This document shows, one piece after another, positions 46,868 to 58,358 of a stretch of DNA of 64,000 bases. A program made the position numbers and the translations under genes. The notes beneath the pieces were generated by a model. That model saw nothing but the letters and a program-made list of their open reading frames with translations. It did not search any database and was not told the origin of the DNA. This stretch comes from Squalus acanthias (Eukaryota): assembly GCA_030390025.1 (NCBI GenBank), contig CM059433.1, forward strand, positions 24,988,001-25,052,000, in the 5' to 3' direction. Position 1 is the stretch's first letter; each line of letters starts with the position of its first letter.

Positions 46868-49250
46868 TACAACAACAACTTGTATTTATATAGCACCTTC
46901 AATGTAGTAAAACGTCTGAAGGCGCTTCATAGGAGTATTAAAAGACAAAAAATTTGACACCGAGCCACATAAGGAGAAATTAGGGCAGGTGACCAAAAGC
47001 TTGGTCAAAGAGGTAAGTTTTAAGGAGCGTCTTAAAGGAGGAAATAGAGGTAGCGAGGCGGTGAAGTTTAGGCAGGGAATTCCAGAGCTTAGGGCCTAGG
47101 CAGCAGAAGGCATGGCCACCAATGGTGGAGCGATTATAATCAGGGATGCAGAATTTGAGGAGCGCAGATATCTCGGGGGTTTGTGGGGCTGAAGGAGATT
47201 ACAGAAATAGGGAGGGGTGACGCCATGGAGGGATTTGAAAATAGGGATGAGAATTTTGAAATCGAGGCATTGCTTAACTGGGAGCTAATGTAGGTCAGCG
47301 AGCACAGGGGTGATGGGTGAATGGGACTTGGTGCGAGTTAGTACACAGGCAGTCGAGTTTTGGATGACCTCAAGTTTACGTAGGGTGGAATGTGGGAGGC
47401 CAGCCAGGAGTGCATTGGAATAGTCAAGTCTAGAGGTAACAAAGGCATGGTTGAGGGTTTCAGCAGCGGATGAGCTGAGGCAGGGGCGGAGATGGGCGAC
47501 GTTACTCATCTCAGGGACAAATATGACACCAAGGTTGCGAACAGTGTGGTTCAACCTCAAACAGATGTTAGGGAGAGGGATGGAGTCAGTGGCTAGGGAA
47601 CAGAGTTTATGGCGGGGACTGAAAACAATGGCTTCGGTCTTCCCAATATTTAATTGGAGGAAATTTCTGCTCATCCAGAACTGGTATGATCAGGTGTGAT
47701 CAGTAAGTTTGCAGATGACACGAAAATTGGTGGATTGGTAAATAGCGAGGAGGGAAGCCTCAGGCCACAGGACGATATAGACGGGTTGGTCAGATGGGCA
47801 GAATAGTGGCAAATGGAATTTAACCCTGAAAAGTGTAAGGTGATGCATTTTGGGAGGACTAACAAGGCAAGGGAATACACAATGAATGGTAGGACCCTAG
47901 GAAGGACAGAGGATCAGAGGGACCTTGGTGTGCATGTACATAGATCCCTGAAGGCAGCAGGACAGGTAGATAAGGTGGTTAAAAAGGCATATGGGATACT
48001 TGCCTTCATTAGCCGAGGCATAGAATATAAGAGCAGGGAGGTTATGATGGAGCTGTACAAAACGCTAGTTAGGCCACAGCTGGAATACTGTGTGCAGTTC
48101 TGGTCGCCACACTATAGGAAGGATGTGATTCCATTAGAGAGGGTGCAGAGGAGATTCACCAGGATGTTACCTGGGCTGGAGCGTTTCAGCTATGAAGAGA
48201 GACTGGACAGGCTGGGGTTGTTTTCCTTAGAGCAGAGAAGTCTGAGGGGGGACCTGATTGAGGTGTACAAAATTATGAGGGGCATAGATAGGGTAGATTG
48301 AAAGGAACTTTTCCCCTTAGTAGAGGGGTCAATAACCAGGGGGCATACTTTCAAGGTAAGGGGCAGGAGGTTAAGAGGGGATTTGAGGAAAAACTTTTTC
48401 ACCCAGAGGGTGGCTGGAATCTGGAACTCACTGCCTGAAAGGGTGGTAGAGGCAGGAGCCCTCACAACATTCAAAAAGCATTTAGATGAGCACTTGAAAC
48501 GCCATAGCATACAAGGCTACGGACCAAGTGCTGGAAAATGGGATTAGAATAGATAGGGCTTGATGGCCGGCGCAGACACGATGGGCCGAAGGGCCTCTTT
48601 CTGTGCTGTATAACTCTATGACTCTATGACTCTATGACTCTAACTGGATGTTGGACAAGCAGTCTGAAAATTTAGAGACCGTGGAGGGGTCGAGAGAAGT
48701 GGTAGTGAGGTAGAGCTGGGTGTTGTCAGCGTACATGTGGAAACTGACGCTGTGTTTTTGGATGATGTTGCCAAGGGGCAACATGTAGATGAGAAATAGG
48801 AGGGGGTCAAGGATAGATGCTTGGGGGACACCAGAGGTAATGATGCGGGAGTGGGAAGAGAAGTCGTTGCAGGTGATTCTCTGGCTACGATTAGATAGAT
48901 AAGAATGGAACCAGGCGAGTGCAGTCCCACCCAGCTGGACGACGGTGGAGAGGCGTTGGAGAAGGATGGAGTGGTCAACTGTGTCAAAGGCTGCAAACAA
49001 GTCAAGAAGGATGAGGAGGGATAGTTTACCTTTGTCACAGTCACAAAGGATGTCATTTGTGACTTTGAGAAGAGCCATTTCGGTACTGTGGCAAGGGCGG
49101 AAACCTGATTGGAGGGATTCAAACATGGAGTTGCGGGAAAGATGGGCACGGATTTGGGAGATGACAGCACATTCACAAACTTTGGAGAGGAAAGGGAGGT
49201 TGGAGATGGGGCGGCAGTTTGCAAGGACGGAGAGGTCAAGATTGTTTTTT
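46868..49250 (-). mobile_element. L2 LINE 3' portion, interrupted by a CR1
   Basis: (TTG)n tail after GCTATATAAATACAAG. RT motifs RPISNLPFLSK, QSGFR, LLDLFAAFDTVDH, GVPQ and YADN, plus FVTSRLDYSNALL. Confidence 0.92.
47685..48641 (+). mobile_element. Young CR1 3' fragment
   Basis: KFADD and ORF 47813-48301, with an (ACTCTATG)n tail. A 6-bp TSD AACTGG lies at 47679-47684 and 48642-48647. Confidence 0.95.
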
Positions 49251-50175
49251 TGAGGAAGGGTCATCGACCTGAAACGTTAACTCTTTCTCTCTCCACAGAT
49301 GCTGCCTGACCTGCTGAGTGTTTCCAGCATTTTCTGTTTTTATTATATACAGTTCTGGGCGTCGTGCTTTAGAAAGGATATCAAGGCCATGGAGAAGGCG
49401 CAGAAGATATTCACTAAGATGATCCCAGGGATGAGACTCTTTAGTTATAAAGGGAGGCCTGAGAAATTGAGACTCTTTTTATTAAGGCAAAGAAGGTTAA
49501 GGGAACTGTAATAAAGGTATTCAAAATTATGAAAGGTTTAGATAAAGTAAATCAGGAGAAACAATTTCCACTGGTTATTGTGTAAGTGGGCACTAGAGTG
49601 GTAAGGTTAGGGAATAGAACTAAATGGAGAGCTCTTTCAGCGAGCTGGCACAGGTACGATGAGCCATATAGCCATTTTCTGTGCTGTAAAATTCTCTGCT
49701 GCTATGATTTTATGCAGCAAACTGTGAGGTCAAATGTTCTGAGAGAATATTTTTTCTTGATCTGATTTCCAATCAGAAAGTTGTAAGTGGCAGAATTTCA
49801 TTTTGTATTTGTCCAGTTAGAAGATTGGGCTGTTTCTTTAAAGAACCAGTAATTTTTGTTATGATTGACAGCAAGGCTGGCCATTTCCATAGCGTGCCCT
49901 GACTTTATATTTCTAAGCCCTGTTTTCCCTGTCCAAATATTGTTAGTCATTTACATTTAAATTGAAAAGCATGTGCATGTTTTTTCTGCTGCGTTGCCCT
50001 GTGATATGTCTTTAATTGCTTTGGTATTAAGGGTCTCTGCAGTTAGTTTGAGCTAAGCAGAAACAATGGTGATGGAAGTGCTTTTATCGCCAGAAATGCT
50101 GGTTAACATCTTGCTGCTCCCACTAATTCTGGCTATCGCAAACAGTTAAAATCTGTCACCTGTTTTGAGTCTATG

Positions 50176-50326
50176 AGGGGGTAATTGATTTTCGGCGATA
50201 GCGAATCCGCAGTCCATTTTACACTCCGCCCGATTTACATTGCCATTGACTTGGTGGGGTGTAAAACTGACTGCTGATTCGCTATCGCCTGTTTCGCGCT
50301 ATATCTGAAAATCAATTTCGCCACCA
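50176..50326. mobile_element. Short palindromic MITE
   Basis: GGGGTAATTGATTTTCGGCGATAGCGAATC..TTTTACACTCC pairs with GGGGTGTAAAA..GATTCGCTATCGCC..GAAAATCAATT. Related remnants lie near 45050 and 46540-46650. Confidence 0.65.
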
Positions 50327-51191
50327 ATGTGTGTTTGAATTGTGTATGCCAGTTGCACGCTGATAACTTATTTACTGAATTCTAAAGTACTATGTAATAA
50401 TCTAATATCCAATCAATGCATTTAGAAGTCTTGTACAAATCGTTAGCAATTGTTTTATGTGGGATTTTGTCGTTGTTTTACAGAGAGCATAATTTGGTCT
50501 TATTTGGTAGGGCATTTTAAAGATGGGCAGCACCATAACGTGCAGGATCAACAATTAAAGACAACTGCAAATGCTAATAAGAGATATCAAATTGCAAGGA
50601 ACAAGTAGGGGCAATTCTAACAGAGATCATACTGTCATATTTTTGATTTAGTTGAACCTCTCCACTTGAATCTAATAGACAGCAGAAAAAAGAAATGGAA
50701 TGTTTTCAGATCTCTTTAAGGGACATCAGTGGACGACATGATTGGTGCCCCCCTTGGTTGAATGGACTCCTTGCTATAGGTATCATTCACACTCCAATAC
50801 CTTGTGCGTGAGCCTTGAGGATGAATGCCAACTGGCATCACCACCAAGCCAAATCCTGTCATCACCCAATGCCCATTTATGTGCACTTCAAACAGGTTGC
50901 CAGATAGCAATGTAATTCTTCCAAATTTTCCTCTACCTAACCCGGAGGAAGAAAGGCAATTTTAGCACCCTGCCTGCTTCCTTAGCTGACACAAAGTATC
51001 TCAGTGCAGATTGGGACCTCCCTTGTCTGTATGGCTTAGATACTCTTTGTCTAAATTCACTGCGCTATCAGGTTGCCTTTAGCTCAGAATTATGTATTAT
51101 TGATCAGAGTGACTGCTGCCAACGAACCGGAAGCTGCGCAGAAGCATTCTGTGTATAAACATCAGATCCCAAATTTGAAAAAGTAAAATTC

Positions 51192-51626
51192 ACCACAACA
51201 GACGGAGGCGCTGAGAGCGATAAACACACTCGGCGAGAGTGCAATAAAACTCTCACAATTTGACAACATCCTAATATCACCTTCAAATCACATTTCCTCG
51301 TTAAATTGTACTGAAAGTTTTAGCAATTCATTCGGATGAATTAATCACACCGCTGCCACTCTCTCTTCTCGCGTTCCTTCTGCGCCCTCCCTCTCGTTTT
51401 CCTCCCCAGTCTCTTTGTCTAGCCCTCCTCTCTCTAACTCTCCGCACTGTCTCTACTCTCTTTCTCAATGATCCTTTTCCCAGCCGATTAAATCCTAACA
51501 TCCTGCGCCTGCATTCTGTTCACCAGCCGTGTGTTCAAACCACAACAGACGCTGAGAACAATAAACACACTCGGCGAGAGTACAATAAAACTCTCACAAG
51601 CTGACAACATCCTAATATCACCTTCA
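51192..51626. repeat. Pair of ~90-bp direct repeats (51192-51285, 51540-51626) around a pyrimidine-rich spacer
   Basis: CACAACAGACG..GCTGAGA..ATAAACACACTCGGCGAGAGT(G/A)CAATAAAACTCTCACAA..GACAACATCCTAATATCACCTTCA occurs twice. Confidence 0.9.
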
Positions 51627-51786
51627 TTACAGACCTCACAATACCTGAAATTTCCACCCCTCACCTTTCTCTCTCACTAATCTTGAACCCACAACCTTCT
51701 GACACAGAGGCGAGAGTGCTACCCACTGAGCCACGGCTAACGAGAGGGCATATGGCCTACTCCTGCTTCTAATTCTTATGTTCTTA

Positions 51787-52510
51787 AATGGACGCCGAGC
51801 CAAAGAGGGAGCTATTAAGACGAAAAGCTTGGTCAAAGAGACGGGTTTTAAGGATGATCTTAAAGGAGGACAGTGAGCTGGAGAGCCAGAAGGGTTTACA
51901 AAGGGAATTCCAGATCGTGGGGCCTAGACTGCTGAAGGAGGAACCAAGAGTCCTGGTAGATTGTAGGGCTAGAGGGGGTTACAGAGATAGGGAGGAGTGA
52001 GTCCATGAACAGATTTAAACATGAGGATGAGAATGTTAAATTGATGGCTTTGGAGCACCGGGAGCCAATGTAGGTCAGCGAGGACAAGGATCATAATAGG
52101 TGAGCGGGAGAGGATATGAGCAGCAGCATTTTGGATGAATGGAAGTTAGTGGAGGATGGAAGACTGGCCAGGAGAACATTGGAATAGTCAAGTCTGGAGT
52201 GACAAAGGCATGGATAAGAGTTTCAGTAGTAGATGGGCTGAAGCAGAGGCGGAGGCAGGCGATGCTAAAGAGGAGGAAATAGGAAGCCTTTGTGATGGAG
52301 AGGATATGGGGTTGGAAGCTCAGCTCAGGGTTGAATAAGACTGCGAAATTGCAAACAGTCCAGCTCAACCTGAGACAGCGGCCACTGAGTGGGGTGGAAT
52401 CGATGGCAAAGGTATAGATTTTGTGGCGGGGGCCAAGATGCTGTTTTGGTCTTTCTATTGTTTAACTGGATGGAATTACGGCTCACCCAAGTCTAGATGC
52501 TGGACAAGCA
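51787..52510 (-). mobile_element. Older L2 3' fragment (preceded by a SINE head at 51682-51740 and a CR1 tail at 51745-51786)
   Basis: Similar to 46955-47680; ETLIHAFVT motif in ORF 52075-52368. Confidence 0.8.
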
Positions 52511-53627
52511 CTGCTCTCCTGCTGAAGTTATGCTGGGAGATTGGTTGCAGCCCCACAGAACTTCAGGACCAAAGGGTTTAACCTCAAAGGATTATCTTTC
52601 ACCAGTGAGCATTGAGTTGCTGATGCTGTGTTACATATAAGAATTGGTCAGCCGAAATGATTGCAAAGGTAAATGATGACTTTCCTGCACTTGTTACTAT
52701 TTTTACCATTGACATTTGTGCTTTTGTTAAGTGAGGCACCAGTACTCACTTAACAAAAGTGGACAGCCAGGCAGTGCATTTATATCATCAAACATGGTCT
52801 GTGCAGCGATATTGTTGACATAAATAGAAATTTCGCTCAGCCACATCCTTTATCAAGATGGTTCTCAGAACTGCACCAACATCAAGCACAGACCAGAAGA
52901 GCGAAGAGGAAGATTCATGCAATTAAATAGAAAGAAGAATGAGTGGCATAATGAAAGGAACTGCATTGTCACTGAACTTTACTTCCCCTTCAATGCTTTA
53001 GCACCCAAAGTTGTTTCATTGCTGGAGACAAAAGGAATATAAGTGTGTTAATAATGCAAATGGAATGTCTACACTTTTTTTTATCATTGCAGGAAATGCA
53101 GTGGAAAACAATGGATATGCACACAGAACATATGCCTTGTGTAAGAGTATCGGCACTTTGGCTAATCTTATTAATTAATAGGTCCAAGAGTCTAGTTTCA
53201 CCAACTTTAATACTTTATTACGAGATGCATAGCAATCATAGTAAGCAAGCAACACGCATCCGCACTACCTACAAGAGTCAGCTCGTTGATGGAACCTGGG
53301 ATGCCCTGAGGTTGATCTCCGCTGTCTTAAATTCAAACTACACCCTCCTCTCCAGTGTGCTCTCAATTTTATACCCTATAGTGATCCATCTATATCACCT
53401 GACCCTTCTTTGACTTCTGCCCTGGTTTTGGCGAGATTTACAAAGACTCATTTCTTGGTACCTGGCAGCATTCAGTTACTTTTCTTCAGTAATTCTCTCA
53501 TTATACCGAGACTAAGCTGCCTACTTCTAATTATGCTACTTTTTATCGTTTCACAATCATAGGTATAAATATCACACATCTAATCTATTAGTGTTAAGCT
53601 TAAGCTTATATTGTGGTTAATTTTTAA

Positions 53628-54124
53628 AAATTCATTCCTGGGATGTGGGCATCGCTGGCAAGGCCAGCATTTATTGCGCATCCCTAATTGCCTTTGAGAA
53701 GATGGCAGTGAGGAGGACTTTGCAGGGTTGACTGGGCTGGGTGTGCCGTTGTCATGTCCGATTTTATTCTTATTATTGTTTGTCGTAGTGGTTTGGTACA
53801 ACTGAGTGGCTTGCTAAGCCATTTCAGAGGGCAATTAAGAGTCAACCACATCACTGTGGGTCTGGAGTCACATATAGGCCAGACCAGGTAAGGACGGCAG
53901 ATTTCCTTCCCAAAAGGACATTTGTGAACCAGTGGGTTTTTACGACAATCCGGTAGTTTCATGGTCATCATTATTGATACTACCTTTCTATTCCACACTT
54001 ATTTAATTAACTGAATTTAAATTCCCCAGCTGCCTGTCGTGGGATTTGAATTCACATCTCTGGATCATTAGTCCAGGTCTCTGGATTACTAATCCAGTAA
54101 CATAACCACTATGCTACCTTACCC
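53628..54124 (-). mobile_element. Bipartite non-autonomous derivative of LINE family B (tRNA-like head + 5' UTR + LINE 3' tail)
   Basis: 53628-53706 matches the family B 3' end, and 53707-54124 matches 40005-40055 and 42580-42930. A-box TAGCATAGTGG lies at ~54106-54116 (-). Confidence 0.85.
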
Positions 54125-54539
54125 AAGCCCTGCTTTTTCCTCAATATCTCATTAAGGTTCCAGCTAGTCGGCTGTGAGAAATGTCTTATCATTGTTGCCT
54201 TGGCGATCTGTCTGCAATGAAGTGACTGTCTGAGTTTCTAACACAGGTTAACTTCTCGTTCCCATAATGCATATTACATTGGTCACTTTATGTTAATGTG
54301 TGTTCGTCATTTAAATACTATTACCCCGAAAACCTACACCTTGAGTGTCAGCAGATGATTGCTTGGACCAATAATTTATGGGTAAGTTAATTTGAATTTA
54401 CAGATTATTATAAATACATATTTTCTCTCCTTTTTACGTATGGCATTTTCAGTCCACACTTGCTATACTATTCATTTTCTATTATTAATTATCCTTTGAA
54501 AATAGATAAATATGTGCAAGAGTCAGGACTGTAGACAAT

Positions 54540-56776
54540 GCTAGATGACTATCGGCAGCTCTAGATGCACAGGGGGATAGGGTCCATGACTGGCAAATGA
54601 TGTATAACTTAGAAATGTACAGTGTTATGAATGTGGGCAGGGTGAATGATAGACATATGTACAGCCTTCAGGGAAAAGAAATAAATCTTTTTTTTATTCA
54701 TTCCTGGGATGTGGGCAGCACTGACGAGGCCAGCATTTATTGCCCGTCTCTAATTGCTCTTGAGAAGGTGAGCCGCCTTCTTGAACCACTGCAGTCGTTC
54801 TGGTGAAGGTACTCCCATCATGGTGTTCGGGAGGGAGTTCCAGGATTTTGATCTAGCGCTGATAAAGGAACGGCGATATATTTCCAAGTCAGGATGGTGT
54901 GACACTAGGAGGGGAACTTGAAGGTGATGGTGCCCTTGTCCTTCTGGGTGGTAGAGGTCGCGGGTTTGGGAGGTGCTGTTAAAGAAGCCTTGGCGAGTTG
55001 TGCCTTGTAGATGGTGGAATGGCTTTGGGGAGTCAGGACTGGTGAAACAGTTCTGACAAAAGTTCATCGACCTGAAACGTTAACTCTGTTTCTCTCTCCA
55101 CAGATGCTGCCTGACCTGCTTGAGTGTTTCCAGCATTTTCTGTTTTTATTAAATAAATAAATCAGGTGGAGAAAGAAAGAGATCTGCACTTTCTAGTGCA
55201 TAGATCTTTAAAGGTTAATGACCAATGACATGAAGTAATGGCCCAGAAATTAATGACGGAGCCTTCGTGCGGGGGTAAGGCTTCCCCGCGATATCTCACT
55301 GCGCGCCTGCCTTTTCATTCCGAGCTCGCACGAACTTGATTTTCTAGACAGCAGCTGTGCAGTGCTTCCGTATCCCACAGGCGCAGTTAATTCGTGGGAT
55401 CACGTGATTCAGTTAGAGCCAATGGCAGCACACCATCTTTCATTCATAGTTTTCACAGCAAGTGCTGTGAAAGCTATGAATCTATACCCCCTCAAAAGAA
55501 CAGCTAAACCTCAATTAAATTTAAAAATAAACCCATCACATTAATAAAATAAGTATAGTTAAATAAATTAACCACTTTAAACAAAAAATTAAATTTTTGA
55601 AAATTTTTTAAATCTTTTAAAAAGTTATAAAAATAAACTTACCTTTCTTTAAAGTCTCTAAAAAAGATATACCTGTTGAAAAAAATTCAAAATAATACTT
55701 AATTAACTACTTACCTTGTTAAAAGAGGGTCTTACGCCTCCTTTCTTTATGTGCAAAATCTTCCATGCTTACCTGCGCGTTCAAAGCACTAAGTGCACTG
55801 CGTGCGCGCAGCCTGTAGCGCGCACGCGGTTCACCTAGGAACCGCCCCCTTTTGAAATCACCAAGTGCCAGTTTTCAGCGCATGCGCAGTGCATGCAGAA
55901 AACCGGCAATTGGAGACAGAATACGCGAGAGTACACAGTGTGTACTCTCGCGTAGAGACACTAATTTTTGGGCCAATAACTAGAGCGAAAAGGGTGCTCG
56001 GGTATATTTACAGACCAAGTCACTATAAAACAAAGCATAGTATTTTGTCCTTGTACAAGACCTTGGTTAGTCCTCATTTGGAATACTGTGGCCAGTTTTG
56101 GTCTCCTCATATGTTGGGTATTATTGAGGCTTTTGAAAGGGTGCAGAGGAGGGCCACATGATTAATTCCCAGTTTAAAGCATCTTAGTTACCCAGATAGG
56201 CTAAAAAAGCTGGGTCTCTACACTTTGGAAAAGCGTAGATATAAGGGTAATTTGATCGAGGTGATGAACGGAATAGATTGTGTTTGTGTAGACAATTTGT
56301 TTCAACTAAATAGGTTAGGGAGGACCAGGGGACACAACCTCAAGTTATGTAAGGCCAGACCTAAGTTAGATGTTAGGAGGTGGTTCTTTTCCCAGGGAAT
56401 AGTGGACCTGTGGGACAGGCTGCCAGCTCGTGTGTTGAACGCTGAGTCATTGAATTCCTTTACGTGTGGGCTTTATCTGTTTCTAATTGTGGTGGAGATC
56501 ACCTTATACATGATGTAAGTACTGTATAACATTAATTAGGGCCAAAGTGGTGTCTTGGACTAATTCGATCGTCGAAGTGGGTCGGAGAGGAATTTTCCAG
56601 ATTTTTGTCCCTAATTGGCCTGGGTTTTTTAAATCTTTTTTTGCCTCTCCCAGTAGATTACATGGATGGGGTGTGTATATGTTGTGATGCATAAGGCATC
56701 ATAATTATATGGGAGAGGCTGGATAGACCAGTAGGTCTTTTCATGTCTGTCATTTTTTGTATGTTTGTATGTTTCA
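54540..56776 (+). mobile_element. Old CR1 3' fragment with nested LINE B piece (54688-55038), Penelope end (55040-55150) and MITE
   Basis: WQMMYNLE, LYKTLVSPHLEYCGQFWSP and RTRGHNLKL..FFSQGIVDLWDRLP, with a (TATGTTTG)n tail. Confidence 0.8.
55240..55974. mobile_element. Harbinger-type MITE
   Basis: TIRs GGCCCAGAAATT / AATTTTTGGGCC, with an AAT TSD at 55237-55239 and 55975-55977. Confidence 0.85.
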
Positions 56777-58326
56777 GATGTTCCAAAGACAAGGAAGATC
56801 ATGTGACATCACACGATAAAACCAGTAGCTGAAAAGTGGAATCTTTGTTCGATCCCTGGACACACTACAAATTCACCAAGATATCTGGGCAGGTGAAACC
56901 CTTGTGAGACAGAGGGTGAGGCTCACCTATGAGAATAGCCTCAAACATAGAAGCCAAATTATTTAAAGTAAAAAAGGAAGGAAACCTCAAATGTACCATT
57001 GGTATCCTATTCAAAATCCTCACATCTGTTCTCACTTCCACAGAGCATTTCTTTGCATTCTGAGATATTAAACCATTAGCGTTAATCTTTAATCTTGATT
57101 GTGATTCTTAGCTGTACAACCACTGGGTCACGATCCAAGTTGGAGCCTTTACACTAGGGTATATTTTCTTGTTCTTTAGCGAGTTTCTGAAATACTTTCC
57201 TATCATAATGTATTCTGTCTGATATCTTAATATTTGTTCTTCATTGTCTGTGAAGCCTTTCCCATGTCTATAACCTTCGAGGCAGATAGTGCAGCACAGT
57301 TAATTTATGCTTTGCTCATTACTCATCGTGGTGCCCCTAACTCACTTGTAACTTTTTCAATTAGGAATTATTAGGCCATTTACTTGTGGCAATCCCACTG
57401 GCCTTCTTAAAGTATCCTTATTAAGTGGAATTCATTTTTCTCAATTTTACCTTATAATTGAAGCCATTATTCACAAGAGCCTTTGCATATCCTCTTTTAA
57501 CTTTTGTACTCAGTTTGAGAACTACACAAGAAATCTATGATTTTTTTTATTGTTATGGAAGGAAAATCGGTGGGCGGGGGAGGGGGGCGGGGGCGGTTCC
57601 TTTACAGGCATATGCTCTGACCCACTCAAATTTGTTATGCCCAGGTAATCCAGTGTACCTGGGCACAGACTCAGGCAAATCTCCTCCTCATCTGTCCAAA
57701 TACACCACAGTCACCATGACTGAATAAAACAGTTCTCCGGGTTTGTTCCATCTTTGTCGACAGCTGATTCTTTCCATTACTTGAACTGACCCTCACATGC
57801 GCTGATATTTTATGAGAAGAATTTACATAAATTTTTATTTTCAGCTGGTAGGCCGGAAGCTCCAGTCATTTTTGGGGAATGAGCCTGGTTGATGGCATCC
57901 AATTCGGTCCGGGAACTATACCACCTTCCTCTGCAGTGATGGACACATGTAAAATAACAGTGAATTCCGACACTTCTGATAGTTCATTATTACTTTTCAA
58001 AATACCCAGGGATTTAAATTCCACTATGTGATAGTAATATAAAATTCTTTTGACTGCCAGTTAAACTAAGGCATTACCTATATTGAACAGCATGAGTTCA
58101 AGGCTCTGAGAGATTCAGAACGATTTAAGAGAGAGAAATACGCAGGGAAGCATAAAGATGAAGATCTTTCAGGATGGCCTTGGGTGAATTGAGAGCCACC
58201 ACTGAATACAAAGTAGGAAAAAAAAATCTCAGTATTGCAATTTATCACATCAATGAAGAAAAAGCACGATAAAGGAAGGTGTCATGTTCTGCCACTTACT
58301 GGAAACTATAGTGAACAAAAGCCCTT

Positions 58327-58358
58327 CAGATTTCCAGCATCCGCAGTACTTTGCTTTT
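58327..58358 (+). mobile_element. 32-bp Penelope terminal micro-insertion
   Basis: CAGATTTCCAGCATCCGCAGTACTTTGCTTTT flanked by a GCCCTT duplication (58321-58326, 58359-58364). Confidence 0.65.

Larger units (their letters stand above)
46735..49345. mobile_element. Penelope inverted terminal dimer (arms ~46735-46868 and ~49250-49345) split by an L2
   Basis: The arms are reverse complements (AATAAAAACAGA..GCTGGAAACACTCAGCA..GTTAACGTTTCAGG). A degenerate flanking duplication reads TATTAT(G/A)TA(G/C)AG. Confidence 0.75.
46650..49710 (+). mobile_element. Old CR1 3' fragment (46650-46728 and 49341-49710) hosting nested insertions
   Basis: ATAGAGTACAAAAACAAAG..GATATTATGTA continues at 49341 as TATACAGTTCTGGGCG.. 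(the EYCVQFW region) through to the 3' UTR. Confidence 0.75.

Noticed and set aside
52760..52930. VDINRNF resembling an M14 carboxypeptidase motif
   Set aside because: The context does not match and there are no exon boundaries.
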